Source of the DNA: Bacilli bacterium
GTDB lineage: Bacteria; Bacillota_I; Bacilli_A; JBKEDG01
DNA: 64,000 nt
Direction of reading: 5' to 3'
NCBI GenBank assembly: GCA_047975285.1
Contig: JBKEDG010000011.1
Span: 6,777 to 70,776 of the forward strand
Below the pieces are notes generated by a model. It worked only from the letters and a program-made list of their open reading frames with translations, searched no databases and was not told where the DNA came from. Position 1 is the first letter of the stretch. The number at the start of each line of letters is the position of its first letter. A program made the translations under genes and the position numbers. This document shows positions 20,069 through 29,901 of the stretch, piece by piece.

Positions 20069-21082
20069 GTGATGATCGTGAAAAATAGGAAAAGTATTTT
20101 AATATTAGCAATAGTTATATTAGTTTTGGCAGGGCTATTATTTAAAATTGAGAGAAATTATAAAATAACTAAATTATCGTACTTTGAATATTTTGATACA
20201 TTTATAGAAGTATCCATATATGATGAAGTGAAAGATAAAAAGGCAATTGATAAACTTGTTGATGAGAAAATCAAATCAATTAATGACAATACGGACGCCT
20301 TTTTACAACATTTGGATAATGATTTGTATAGTTTGAATAGAGATGGTGTAGTTAAGAATCAGGAGCTAGCTTGGTTAATTCAGTATGGCACTAATTCTTA
20401 TAATACCTATTCTAATCAATATAATCTTGCACTTGGGCCTGTAATTGATATTTGGAAAACAGCACTCAGTGAATGCAATGATAATAATAATTGTCAAGTT
20501 CCTGATCTTAGTGGGATAGATACAACTAGATTAGATCCCAATTTGATTGATATTAACGAGGATAAAATTACGATAGAAAATGGTATGAAGATTGATCTTG
20601 GTGGAATTGTTAAGGGATACTGTACTGATGAGATAGCAGACCTACTTAAAGATGAGGGATATAATCACTTTTTAATTAATGCAGGTGGAAACATCTATGG
20701 AAGTACTAAGCCCAATGATGAATCATATATAATTAGTGTGGTTAATCCAATCAATAATCAGGAAAGTTTTATTAAATTTAGTGTAAGTAATAAGTCAGTT
20801 GTAACTAGTGGAGATTATGAACGCTATTTCGAAGTTGATAATAAAAGATACAGTCATTTAATAAACTCAGATACGTTATACCCATCAACATACTATCATA
20901 GTGTTACGGTTATTAGTGATAAAAGCATTGATGGAGATATTCTATCAACAATGTTATTTGGTTTAGAATATAAAAAAGGGCTTCAAATTGTGGAAGAATT
21001 AGATGGAGTTGAAGCTGTTTGGTTTGATAAATCAGGAGAGATTTTAAAGTCAAGTGGGATTAGTGATTATGAAAAAAAATGA
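20069..21082 (+). CDS. apbE: FAD:protein FMN transferase (ApbE family), membrane anchored
   Basis: N-terminal TM helix and ApbE core motifs (LALGPVIDIWK, DLGGIVKGY, INAGGNI, TSGDYERYF). An extended -10 box (TGGTATAAT) at 20051-20059 lies only ~10 nt upstream. Confidence 0.8.
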   Translation: MMIVKNRKSILILAIVILVLAGLLFKIERNYKITKLSYFEYFDTFIEVSIYDEVKDKKAIDKLVDEKIKSINDNTDAFLQHLDNDLYSLNRDGVVKNQELAWLIQYGTNSYNTYSNQYNLALGPVIDIWKTALSECNDNNNCQVPDLSGIDTTRLDPNLIDINEDKITIENGMKIDLGGIVKGYCTDEIADLLKDEGYNHFLINAGGNIYGSTKPNDESYIISVVNPINNQESFIKFSVSNKSVVTSGDYERYFEVDNKRYSHLINSDTLYPSTYYHSVTVISDKSIDGDILSTMLFGLEYKKGLQIVEELDGVEAVWFDKSGEILKSSGISDYEKK

Positions 21083-21416
21083 TGTTGGATTAATAATTGT
21101 TTTACTAATTTTAAATACAGTTTGGTTAGTTACTATAATTAAACCAAGTAGTAATGTTGCAAATGTGTATTATAATCAGCAACTCATTATGAAATTAGAT
21201 TTAAATAAGGATGCTAAATACGACTTAGATGGTGCAAATGGAGAAGTAGAATTAACTGTAAGTAATGGAAAAGTCGCTGTTACTAAAGAAACTTCACCTC
21301 TTAATATTTGTGCTAAACAAGGGTATGTTGATGTTGCTAAAATACCATTAATATGCTTACCAAATAAGGTTGTGGTTGAAGGTGCAACTTCAGAAGTTGA
21401 TGGGGTGGCAAGATGA
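21069..21416 (+). CDS. NusG domain II-containing membrane-anchored protein
   Basis: 115 aa with one TM helix. It contains ...ELTVSNGKVAVTKETSPLNICAKQGYV...LICLPNKVVVEG. The ApbE / NusG_II / Gx-transporter triad is a recurrent arrangement in Firmicutes. Confidence 0.6.
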   Translation: MKKNDVGLIIVLLILNTVWLVTIIKPSSNVANVYYNQQLIMKLDLNKDAKYDLDGANGEVELTVSNGKVAVTKETSPLNICAKQGYVDVAKIPLICLPNKVVVEGATSEVDGVAR

Positions 21417-21922
21417 GAAAAAACATTACAATTAGTATATATATATTATTGGCAGTAGGATTGAGTGCAGTTGAGACTGTAATTTTGCCAACTAGCATTA
21501 TTCCGGGTGTTAAACTTGGGATTGCAAATTTAGTTGTTATAGTTAGTTTGTATCAGTTTGGAATACGAATTAGTGGATTTATTTCATTAGTTAGAGTTAT
21601 CGTGATAAGTTTAGTACTAGGAACATTTTTAACGCCATCGTTTCTAATAAGTTTATCTGGAATGACTATATCATTCATAGGACTGGTTGTAGCGTATAAA
21701 AGTAAAGTATTTAGTGCAATTGGAGTTAGTGTTGTAGCGGCAGTTTTTCATATAATTGGACAAGTTATTGCAGTGATAGTACTTACTAATTTAAATGCAG
21801 TACTAGTTATTGCCCCATTTTTAATTTATGTCGCAATTGTTACAGGATTTATTATTGGGTATGTTGCAAGAAAAATTTTGGCAGTAAGCTTATTTAAAAT
21901 GGGGGTATATGATGAATTTTAA
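21413..21922 (+). CDS. Gx transporter family (heptaprenyl diphosphate synthase component I-like) membrane protein
   Basis: 169 aa with 5 TM helices. Start overlaps the preceding stop (ATGA). Confidence 0.6.
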   Translation: MRKNITISIYILLAVGLSAVETVILPTSIIPGVKLGIANLVVIVSLYQFGIRISGFISLVRVIVISLVLGTFLTPSFLISLSGMTISFIGLVVAYKSKVFSAIGVSVVAAVFHIIGQVIAVIVLTNLNAVLVIAPFLIYVAIVTGFIIGYVARKILAVSLFKMGVYDEF

Positions 21923-22433
21923 ACCAACAATGTATATGAAGAGTATTTATCACGTTGATTTCAAGCGTGTATATCGGATGGGATATCGAGTATTATTAAT
22001 TGATTTAGATAATACGCTTGTGCCACATGATGTTGCTAATCCTACTAAAGATAGTAAAATTTTAATTGAGGACTTAAAAAAAATTGGATTTGAAATAATT
22101 ATTCTTTCTAATAATAATGAAAAGCGTGTTTCAATTTTTGCTAAGCCACTAGATGTAGAATATATGTATAGTACAAGAAAGCCGCTTAAATTTAAATATT
22201 TACGTTTATTTAATAAAAATGGTTATAAAAAGCAGGAAGTGTTGTGTATTGGCGATCAGATTATGACTGATGTTTATGGAGCAAATCGTCTAGGATGTGA
22301 TAATATGTTAGTAGAACCCCTTGCAAAAAAAGATATTCTATGGACTAAACCCAATAGACTGTTAGAGAAATTTGTTTATTACAATCTTGCAAGAAGAAAA
22401 GAACTTAAGCGAGGGGATTATTATTATGAATAA
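21909..22433 (+). CDS. yqeG: YqeG-family HAD phosphatase
   Basis: HAD motif I (LLIDLDNTLV) and motif III/IV (IGDQIMTDVYGANRLG). It precedes yqeH as in Bacillus. Confidence 0.8.
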   Translation: MMNFKPTMYMKSIYHVDFKRVYRMGYRVLLIDLDNTLVPHDVANPTKDSKILIEDLKKIGFEIIILSNNNEKRVSIFAKPLDVEYMYSTRKPLKFKYLRLFNKNGYKKQEVLCIGDQIMTDVYGANRLGCDNMLVEPLAKKDILWTKPNRLLEKFVYYNLARRKELKRGDYYYE

Positions 22434-23490
22434 ATGTGACGGTTGCGGAGTGATTCTGCAAACAGTTGATAAGGAAAAACTTGGATATATTAGTGATGGA
22501 GCACTTTTAAAAGATTCTAGATTGTGTATGCGTTGCTTTAATATAAAAAACTATAGTAAAAATATTAATAAAGATTATACAGATAAGCAGTTTATTGATA
22601 TTTTAAAAAACATTGATAAGAAAAACTTGATTGTAATGATTGTAGATATATTTGATTTAAATTCTACGCTACTAACTAGTATTATCGATGTAATAAAAAA
22701 TCAGGACATTTTACTTTTTGTAAATAAGATTGATATACTACCTGATACTATTAATGTTGAAAGGTTACTTAGCAATGTAGTTAGAATGTATCAAGATTTA
22801 GATTTGAATATTGTTAATGGAGCATTGGTTAGTGCGAAGTGTAATTTTAATATTGAGTATGCAAAAGAATTAATTGATATGTATAGTAATAATCGGGACA
22901 CATATATTGTAGGTGTTAGCAATGTTGGGAAAAGTATGTTTTTAAAATCGTTTTTAAAATCTTGTGATATAGAAAACAAATATATTACAGTAAGTCATTT
23001 CCCAGCAACAACAATAAATACTCTAAAATTTAAGTATAATAATAACTATATTTATGATACACCAGGTGTAATAAATAGAAGTCAAATTATTCATTACATA
23101 AAAGAAGATGACATTAAGTATTTATATCCTAAAAAGTTGTTACAAACAGTATTGCAATTAAGAGATAGTAGTGTATTTTTTGTATCCGGATTTTTAAAAG
23201 TAGAAGTTAATAGTAAGGATGTAGTTGGTGTTACACTATTTTGTAGTAGTGAGTTAAATGTTCATCGTCGCAAAAGTGATGGTAGTGAAGGGTTTTATAA
23301 GGAAAAGAAAGATCATTTGCTTGTTCATACTTACATTAAAGATGACTTAAAAATGGAGAGATTAACATTGAAAAAGGATGAAGAAGTTGCAATAACTGGT
23401 TTGTGTTGGTTTAAAGTAAATACTACGTGTAATATAGTTATAACATTGCATAAAAATGTTGGATTTAGTGTTAGAAACAAGTTGATTTAG
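22426..23490 (+). CDS. yqeH: Ribosome biogenesis GTPase YqeH
   Basis: N-terminal zinc finger (CDGCGV...CMRCF) and a circularly permuted GTPase (NKID...GVSNVGKS...DTPG). Confidence 0.85.
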   Translation: MNKCDGCGVILQTVDKEKLGYISDGALLKDSRLCMRCFNIKNYSKNINKDYTDKQFIDILKNIDKKNLIVMIVDIFDLNSTLLTSIIDVIKNQDILLFVNKIDILPDTINVERLLSNVVRMYQDLDLNIVNGALVSAKCNFNIEYAKELIDMYSNNRDTYIVGVSNVGKSMFLKSFLKSCDIENKYITVSHFPATTINTLKFKYNNNYIYDTPGVINRSQIIHYIKEDDIKYLYPKKLLQTVLQLRDSSVFFVSGFLKVEVNSKDVVGVTLFCSSELNVHRRKSDGSEGFYKEKKDHLLVHTYIKDDLKMERLTLKKDEEVAITGLCWFKVNTTCNIVITLHKNVGFSVRNKLI

Positions 23491-23499
23491 GAGGTTTAT

Positions 23500-24039
23500 A
23501 TGAAAACAAGTAGAGTGTATCTTAGGAATTTTGTTAGTAGTGATTTAAATGATTTTTATGAGTATGCAAAAGTTGAAGATGTTGGAATAAACGCAGGGTG
23601 GAGTGCCCATAAGAATATTGAAGAATCAAAAAAAATTTTAGAAGAGTTTTTTATTCCAAATAGTAATGAATATGCAATTGTTGAAAAAGAAAGCGAGAAG
23701 GTAATAGGAAGTTTTGCGATTAAAAATCCTCCAGAAGACTTTAAAACACTGTTTCCAAGCGATAAATGTGTAGAGTTTGGATACGTACTTTCAAAAGATT
23801 ATTGGGGAAAAGGAATAATGACTGAAGTTGCGAAGGAAGTAATTAGACATTTATTTGATAATACTGACATCACGTTGATAGCTATTGATCATTTTGTTAC
23901 TAATGATAGATCTAGGCGAGTTATAGAAAAATGTGGAGGAGTATATTATCGAGAGGATACTTTTAATTCTATTTCATTAAACAAAATTTTCAAAACTAAA
24001 AAATATTTAATAAGAAAGCAGGATTATGATGTTAAATAG
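23500..24039 (+). CDS. GNAT family N-acetyltransferase (RimJ/RimL-like)
   Basis: ATG follows taggagg. It has an LRNF...DL..F N-terminus and a GYVLSKDYWGKGIMTE acetyl-CoA-binding segment. Confidence 0.7.
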   Translation: MKTSRVYLRNFVSSDLNDFYEYAKVEDVGINAGWSAHKNIEESKKILEEFFIPNSNEYAIVEKESEKVIGSFAIKNPPEDFKTLFPSDKCVEFGYVLSKDYWGKGIMTEVAKEVIRHLFDNTDITLIAIDHFVTNDRSRRVIEKCGGVYYREDTFNSISLNKIFKTKKYLIRKQDYDVK

Positions 24040-24325
24040 AAATCAAATTAAGTATTTAAGAAAATACGTACATAAATTTAAAGTAGTTTTTCAAATTGGT
24101 AAAGATGGAGAAAGTCAAGATCAACTTGAGTCAATTGATCAGTATTTATCTGTGCATGAAATTGTCAAAATATCAATTTTAAATAATGCTCCAGAAGATA
24201 AAAATTATTATGTAGACGTTCTTGGTGAAGCAGGTTTTGAAATTGTCAATGTGATTGGGAAGACTATTACAGTGTATAAAAAAAGTAATCGAGAAGACAA
24301 GAAAAGTAAAATAATTTTACCATGA
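24026..24325 (+). CDS. yhbY: YhbY/CRS1-type RNA-binding protein
   Basis: 99 aa, with LNRNQIKYLRKYVHKFKVVFQIGKDG...HEIVKI. Confidence 0.8.
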   Translation: MMLNRNQIKYLRKYVHKFKVVFQIGKDGESQDQLESIDQYLSVHEIVKISILNNAPEDKNYYVDVLGEAGFEIVNVIGKTITVYKKSNREDKKSKIILP

Positions 24326-25323
24326 TGAAAAATGTGGTCTTGTATGGAGGCAGTTTTGATCCTGTGCATTCTAAACATGTGGAAATTGTAGAAGATTTGT
24401 TACTAAGTTATGATGAAGTCTGGGTAATTGTTGCTGCTGCGTCTCCATTTAAATTAAAGCATTGTGCTTCTTTTGAAAATAGAATTGAAATGTGTAAATT
24501 AGTTTTTACAAGTGATAGAGTAAAAATTTTAGACGTGGAACAAAAATATAATCTTAAATATACTTACGATGTTGTCTATTTTCTAAAACAAAAATATAAT
24601 TACAAATTTTACTTTGCAATTGGAGGAGATAATGTAAGAGAACTTTACAAATGGTATGAGATTGAGAAATTAAAAAAGTTAGTAAAGTTTGTTATATATA
24701 AAAGAACATTGATTTCGTCAACACTAGTTAGAATTAAAAAGTCAAGTGGTGTTGATGAAATTGATAATTATATTAAAAATAATAACTTATATATTAACAA
24801 TTATGAGGATGATTTTAAAAAAGTGAGTGAAGTGTTAAGTGAACATCGTTTTAATCATACAATATATGTTTATACGCTTATAAAAGAACTAGCAATCATT
24901 CATAATTTAGATGTTAATAAATGTATTTTAGCTGCGATTTATCACGATTATTATAAAGAATTTGATATGAAATTTTACGAAAGTTTTCTTGAAAAGTTTC
25001 CTAAATATAAAAGTTTTCCTAAGAATATTTTACATGGTATTATGGCAGGGGAGTTACTAGATTTAAATAATGAAGTGCTTAATGCTATAAAGTATCATAC
25101 TTGTGGTCACAATAATCCTAGTAAAGTTTTAAAGGCGTTATACCTTAGTGACTATTTAGAAAAGAGTAGGGAAATACATTGTGAAGTTAAATATATTCTT
25201 GAAGAAGCGTATAAAGATTTAGACAAAGCATATGGAATTGCTTTTAGAAGAAGAAAGTTGTATGAAAAAGAGCGTTACGGTATAAATAAAGTGATAGAAG
25301 CGTTTATAAACGAGGAGGGTTAG
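24322..25323 (+). CDS. nadD: Fused nicotinate-nucleotide adenylyltransferase (NadD) / HD-domain YqeK protein
   Basis: N-terminal GGSFDPVHSKH and ISSTLVR (NadD). C-terminal RFNHTIYV...HDYYKE...HG (YqeK HD phosphohydrolase). Both lie in one uninterrupted 333-codon ORF. Confidence 0.75.
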   Translation: MMKNVVLYGGSFDPVHSKHVEIVEDLLLSYDEVWVIVAAASPFKLKHCASFENRIEMCKLVFTSDRVKILDVEQKYNLKYTYDVVYFLKQKYNYKFYFAIGGDNVRELYKWYEIEKLKKLVKFVIYKRTLISSTLVRIKKSSGVDEIDNYIKNNNLYINNYEDDFKKVSEVLSEHRFNHTIYVYTLIKELAIIHNLDVNKCILAAIYHDYYKEFDMKFYESFLEKFPKYKSFPKNILHGIMAGELLDLNNEVLNAIKYHTCGHNNPSKVLKALYLSDYLEKSREIHCEVKYILEEAYKDLDKAYGIAFRRRKLYEKERYGINKVIEAFINEEG

Positions 25324-25325
25324 AG

Positions 25326-25703
25326 ATGAAAAATGAAAATGATAGCAAAGAAGAAATGAGTGAATTAAAAATTGTATTAGAGACATTAGTTGATAAACTT
25401 GCACTTGATCTTGTTGCAATAAATATTAAGAATGTAAATCCGTTGTGTGACTATTTTGTAATTTGTTCTAGCAAGAATGAAAGGCACTCAGCATCACTAG
25501 CAAGTAGCCTTAGAGAATGTGCGATGCTACATAACCTTGACTTTAAAAAGATTGAAGGTAAAGTAGGAAGTGAATGGATCCTTGCTGATCTTGGTAATAT
25601 AGTTGTGCATATTTTTACTGATGAGGGAAGAAGTAATTATGATTTAGAAGGTTTATGGGGTGATGTAGAAATGGTCGATATTGATAAGATTATTGCTAAG
25701 TAA
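25326..25703 (+). CDS. rsfS: Ribosome silencing factor RsfS
   Basis: 125 aa, with DYFVICSSKNERH......WILADLGNIVVHIF. Confidence 0.85.
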   Translation: MKNENDSKEEMSELKIVLETLVDKLALDLVAINIKNVNPLCDYFVICSSKNERHSASLASSLRECAMLHNLDFKKIEGKVGSEWILADLGNIVVHIFTDEGRSNYDLEGLWGDVEMVDIDKIIAK

Positions 25704-25762
25704 AACAGAACTGCACACTTTAAGTGAAATTAATTCATATGTAAACTAGATTAGGTTTTAAG

Positions 25763-25796
25763 GGGATTATGCTAAATTTAAGCATAATTCCTTTTT
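25763..25796 (+). terminator. Rho-independent terminator after rsfS
   Basis: 11-bp stem gggattatgct/agcataattcc (one G-U pair) with a 7-nt loop, followed by T5. Confidence 0.75.
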
Positions 25797-25875
25797 AAAA
25801 TGATTAAATAGCTAATTCACAATATTGATAGGAAAATATACTTATATATAGAAAATATATATAGGAGGTTTTAAT

Positions 25876-26520
25876 ATGAAAAAGAAATATCTATCAATAA
25901 TTATCGGGTGTTTAGTATGTGCAATGTTAGTTGTAAGCGTTGTAATACAAAATAAAACACAAGTTACTGCTGATAGTAAAGCGAAGGTGGAAAAAGTTGA
26001 AAAATCAGTAGAAATATTTATAGAAGTTAAAGGAGCAGTCTTAAATCCTGGTGTATATGCAAGTAGTGAGGATGCCAGAGTTATAGATGTTATTGAAATA
26101 GCAGGAGGATTAACAACTGATGCTAATACTGATTATATTAATCAGGCTCAATTAGTGAAGGATCAAATGTTAATTAGAATTATGACAAATAAAGAAATTG
26201 ATGACGCAATACAAAAGGAAGAACTTGCGATTTTAAAGGCAAGTGAAGTCAAAGTTGCAAATGAACAAAATGAAATAATTGGTTATGATGATTGTTATAG
26301 GAGCAGTAAAAATAGTGGGGGTGATTCTTCGTTAATATCACTTAATGATGCAAGTATGGAACAACTTATGACATTGAGTGGAATTGGTGAAAAGAAAGCG
26401 AGTGATATAATTAATTATCGTAATAATAATGGAGGTTTTAATTCAATTGAGGAATTAATGGAAGTTAATGGAATTGGCGAAAGTACTTTTAATAAAATTA
26501 AAGATAGTATTACGCTATAG
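25876..26520 (+). CDS. comEA: Competence protein ComEA (DNA receptor, helix-hairpin-helix)
   Basis: ATG follows taggagg. One TM helix, a SLBB-like domain (VKGAVLNPGVY) and a tandem HhH (LSGIGEKKASDII...VNGIGESTFNKI). Confidence 0.85.
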   Translation: MKKKYLSIIIGCLVCAMLVVSVVIQNKTQVTADSKAKVEKVEKSVEIFIEVKGAVLNPGVYASSEDARVIDVIEIAGGLTTDANTDYINQAQLVKDQMLIRIMTNKEIDDAIQKEELAILKASEVKVANEQNEIIGYDDCYRSSKNSGGDSSLISLNDASMEQLMTLSGIGEKKASDIINYRNNNGGFNSIEELMEVNGIGESTFNKIKDSITL

Positions 26521-28417
26521 ATGGTTACTAATATTAACTGTTTTTCACACGATTATTTGTGTTTTATCAATAAATATAATTAATGTAGAATATCATAGTA
26601 ATACTGAATATATTTCAAACATGAATTACAAAAATGAGCAATATGTGTATTGGACTAGAAGTAGTATTATATATACCAATGAGCTATTTGAAGTTGGAGA
26701 ACTAATTAAGTATAAGGGTAAATGTATAGATAATGAACAAACTAATTTTATTGATTTTGATTATAATAAATATTTAATTTCTAATAATATTATGTGCACT
26801 CTTTATCAGCCAGATATAGATAAAAAATCGTCATTAAATCTTTTCTATAAGTACAAATATAAAATAAAGCAAATGTTTTTAAAAAACGATGCTAGGGGAT
26901 TTAAGAATGCTGTTGTTTTTGGTGATAAAGCGCATATAAACAAAAAAGACTACGATATATTTATTAATATGGGACTATCTCATGTTTTAGCATTAAGTGG
27001 TTTACACATAGCTACAATTATAGCACTAGTCGGATTTTTCATAAATAAATTCTTCAAAATAAAAGAGTATAGGAATATTGCAATAGTTACTATAGTTAGC
27101 ATATATTTTTTAATAATTAACTATTCATATTCTGTAGTTAGAACTTTTGCTGTTTATTATTGTTCAATAATTCTAGATAAATTTGGAATAAAATTAAATA
27201 GATTTACACTTTTACTAATTATCTCTAATGTAATTTTGCTATTTAATAAATATGCAATTTATTCTTACTCCTTCATATTTTCTTTTATATGTTATGCTAT
27301 AATTATATTAGTTAGGGACAAAATAGATTTTATTAAAATATACATTATTTTGCAACTAATAGTTTTGCCTATAACAATTAACTTAAATAATCAGATTAAT
27401 ATTTTTGGATTTATGCTAGTTCCATTTTTAACGCTATTATTTGAACTTATCTATTTGCCTTATCTACTAATCTGCGTATTTTTTAAAGTCAGTGATTATT
27501 TTACACCGTTTTTTATAAAATTAATTAACTTACTTTATATAGATAGTTTAAATATAATTATTAAAGATTTAAATATATTTACTACTCTTATCTATTACTA
27601 TTTAGTTTATACAATAATTATCAAAAAAATGCATAGTAAGATTTTAAGAATAATTTTTGCTGTAATTATAGTACTGTTTCCTATAGCAATAAAAAAGCCT
27701 AGTATTAAAATTGTATTTTTTGATGTGGGACAAGGTGATGCAACTTTAATTATGCTAGATAATGGAGTTGATATTTTAATAGATGGTGGAGGGAATATAT
27801 ATGATAAAGATAGGAGTGCTGATATTGCTAGATACATAATAATTCCCTATTTGAAAGAGCAAGGTATAGCTAAATTAGATTACATTATAGCTTCTCATGG
27901 AGATATTGATCACATTGGATCATTTGAATATTTAACTAAAAATTTTAAGTATGACTATCTATATACTAATTGTGATAAACTCAGTGAACTAGAAACAAAA
28001 ATAGAAGCTAAGCCGCTTACATATTTAGAATTAACAAGTAAAAACTATAATATTGAATTTAGTTGTGTGCCAAGAGATAATGAAAATGATTCTAGTGTCG
28101 TAACTAGAGCATTATTGATGAATAAAAGTTTCTTATCAATGGGAGATATGAGTTTAGAATATGAAAAACTTTATAATGAGAATATTGATATTTTAAAGGT
28201 TAGTCACCATGGTTCTAAAACATCTACATCAAAAGAGTTTATAGAAAATATTAGACCAAGGTATGCTATTATAAGCGTTGGAGAAAACAATCAATATAAT
28301 CATCCTAGTAGGGACGTATTAAATAACCTTCTAAATAGTAAAGTTTATCGTACGGATAAAGATGGAGCAGTAGAGATAGTTATTGGTGAGGATGTTATAA
28401 TTACCAAGAAAAAATGA
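26468..28417 (+). CDS. comEC: DNA internalisation competence protein ComEC/Rec2
   Basis: Polytopic membrane domain (GLSHVLALSGLHI) plus a C-terminal metallo-beta-lactamase domain (FFDVGQGDA, ASHGDIDHIG, KVSHHGSKTS). The start is uncertain and overlaps comEA. Confidence 0.85.
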   Translation: MELAKVLLIKLKIVLRYRWLLILTVFHTIICVLSINIINVEYHSNTEYISNMNYKNEQYVYWTRSSIIYTNELFEVGELIKYKGKCIDNEQTNFIDFDYNKYLISNNIMCTLYQPDIDKKSSLNLFYKYKYKIKQMFLKNDARGFKNAVVFGDKAHINKKDYDIFINMGLSHVLALSGLHIATIIALVGFFINKFFKIKEYRNIAIVTIVSIYFLIINYSYSVVRTFAVYYCSIILDKFGIKLNRFTLLLIISNVILLFNKYAIYSYSFIFSFICYAIIILVRDKIDFIKIYIILQLIVLPITINLNNQINIFGFMLVPFLTLLFELIYLPYLLICVFFKVSDYFTPFFIKLINLLYIDSLNIIIKDLNIFTTLIYYYLVYTIIIKKMHSKILRIIFAVIIVLFPIAIKKPSIKIVFFDVGQGDATLIMLDNGVDILIDGGGNIYDKDRSADIARYIIIPYLKEQGIAKLDYIIASHGDIDHIGSFEYLTKNFKYDYLYTNCDKLSELETKIEAKPLTYLELTSKNYNIEFSCVPRDNENDSSVVTRALLMNKSFLSMGDMSLEYEKLYNENIDILKVSHHGSKTSTSKEFIENIRPRYAIISVGENNQYNHPSRDVLNNLLNSKVYRTDKDGAVEIVIGEDVIITKKK

Positions 28418-28474
28418 TTTTGATGATATAATAGTTAAAATATGGTAAAATAGAACAAATGAGAGGTGAGTTCT

Positions 28475-29434
28475 ATGAATTTTATTATCAAGTCTAACGT
28501 ATCAAATTTAATCGACAAACAGGTAAAATTGTTGAAGAATAAACTTGAAGAAACAAGAGAAGTTGAAGTTATAAAATATGATATGGAAATATCTTCTTTA
28601 GAAGAAATTTTAGAAGAAGCAAATAGTTATTCAATGTGGTCTAAGTTTAAACTAATTGTTTGTACTAACGCTAATTTTTTAACTGCTAAGGGTATTGATA
28701 ATTCAGATATTAAAAATGATTATGATTTATTAGATGAGTATATTAAAATAGATTCTATGATTAGTTCGGTTGTTTTTATTGTAAATGGGGAGTTTGATAA
28801 ACGAAAAAAAATTTATAAAAGCTTAATAAAAAAGTGTAAACTATTTGAATTAGATAATTTTGATAATAATAAGATTATTAATCTAGTTAAAAATCGTATT
28901 GATAAAGCATTAAAAACAATCAGTGATGAGGATGCGAAATATGTTTGTGAGAGGTTAAGTTATAATTTGTCACTTATTTTTGTGGAGCTTGATAAACTGT
29001 GTCTTATTGAAGAAGATGTTATTACGAGAGGTGTGATAGATATACTTATTACTAGAAGTGTAGATGATACAATATTTGAACTCACGTCTGCTATAATAGC
29101 TTGTGATATAAAAAAGGCATACGATATCTATAACTATTTAATTATGAATAAGGAGGAGCCAATTGCAATGATTGCAATGACTGCTAACCAGTTTAGGTTA
29201 CTATTACAAGTTAAAGGTTATGCAAATCAAGGGCTTGGTGAAAAAGAGATTGCTTCTAAGTTAAAAGTTCATCCTTATCGTGTAAAATTAGCTTTAAAAA
29301 ATAAGGGGTTTAATCGAAATATGATCCTTAGATATTTAGATAAATTGTGTGATATCGATTATAATATAAAGACTGGTAAAGAAGATAAGTTTGAAGGGTT
29401 TAGAATGTTCATTTTAACTTTAAAAAGCGTATAA
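28475..29434 (+). CDS. holA: DNA polymerase III delta subunit
   Basis: ATG at 28475 follows gagaggtgag. About 320 aa. The comEC-holA-rpsT(convergent) context is conserved. Confidence 0.7.
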   Translation: MNFIIKSNVSNLIDKQVKLLKNKLEETREVEVIKYDMEISSLEEILEEANSYSMWSKFKLIVCTNANFLTAKGIDNSDIKNDYDLLDEYIKIDSMISSVVFIVNGEFDKRKKIYKSLIKKCKLFELDNFDNNKIINLVKNRIDKALKTISDEDAKYVCERLSYNLSLIFVELDKLCLIEEDVITRGVIDILITRSVDDTIFELTSAIIACDIKKAYDIYNYLIMNKEEPIAMIAMTANQFRLLLQVKGYANQGLGEKEIASKLKVHPYRVKLALKNKGFNRNMILRYLDKLCDIDYNIKTGKEDKFEGFRMFILTLKSV

Positions 29435-29435
29435 T

Positions 29436-29464
29436 AAAAAGCACCCACTGTGAGTGCTTTTTAT
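29436..29464. terminator. Bidirectional terminator between holA and rpsT
   Basis: aaaaagcacccac-tg-tgagtgcttttt: a 9-bp stem with one mismatch, flanked by an A run and a T run. Confidence 0.75.
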
Positions 29465-29724
29465 TATAAACTATTAACTTTTTTTGCTAGTCTTGCTTTT
29501 TGATTCGCAGCAAAGTTCTTGTGGACAATACCTTTACTTATTGCTTTATCAAGTTTCTTGTACGCAACTTTTAAATTAGTTTCTGCAGCAGCTTTATCAT
29601 TTGAAGTTATTGCAGCTTCAACGTTTTTCACTGCTGTTCTCATACTAGATTTATATGCTGAAGTGTATGCTCTTCTCTTATTATTAGTTTTAACTCTTTT
29701 TGCTTTACTTTTTATGTTTGGCAT
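29464..29724 (-). CDS. rpsT: 30S ribosomal protein S20
   Basis: MPNIKSKAKRVKTNNKRR... The ATG at 29724 is preceded by aggaggtg. The track start at 29733 lies inside that SD. Confidence 0.9.
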   Translation of the reverse strand: MPNIKSKAKRVKTNNKRRAYTSAYKSSMRTAVKNVEAAITSNDKAAAETNLKVAYKKLDKAISKGIVHKNFAANQKARLAKKVNSL

Positions 29725-29901
29725 TTGTTTCACCTCCTATTATATATACATTTGCATTATATATTGTAACAAATAACTAAAAAAAAAGCAATAAATAACG
29801 ATAATAATAAATAAAAAAGTTAATTTAAATGCTTAGATATTTAATATCAGCTCATTTTATGGTAAAATATACTAGTATTTAGAAAGAAATGGTGAAACTA
29901 G

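Noticed and set aside
29519-29776. Plus-strand 85-aa ORF.
   Set aside because: It is antisense to rpsT (ribosomal protein S20), which is unambiguous.
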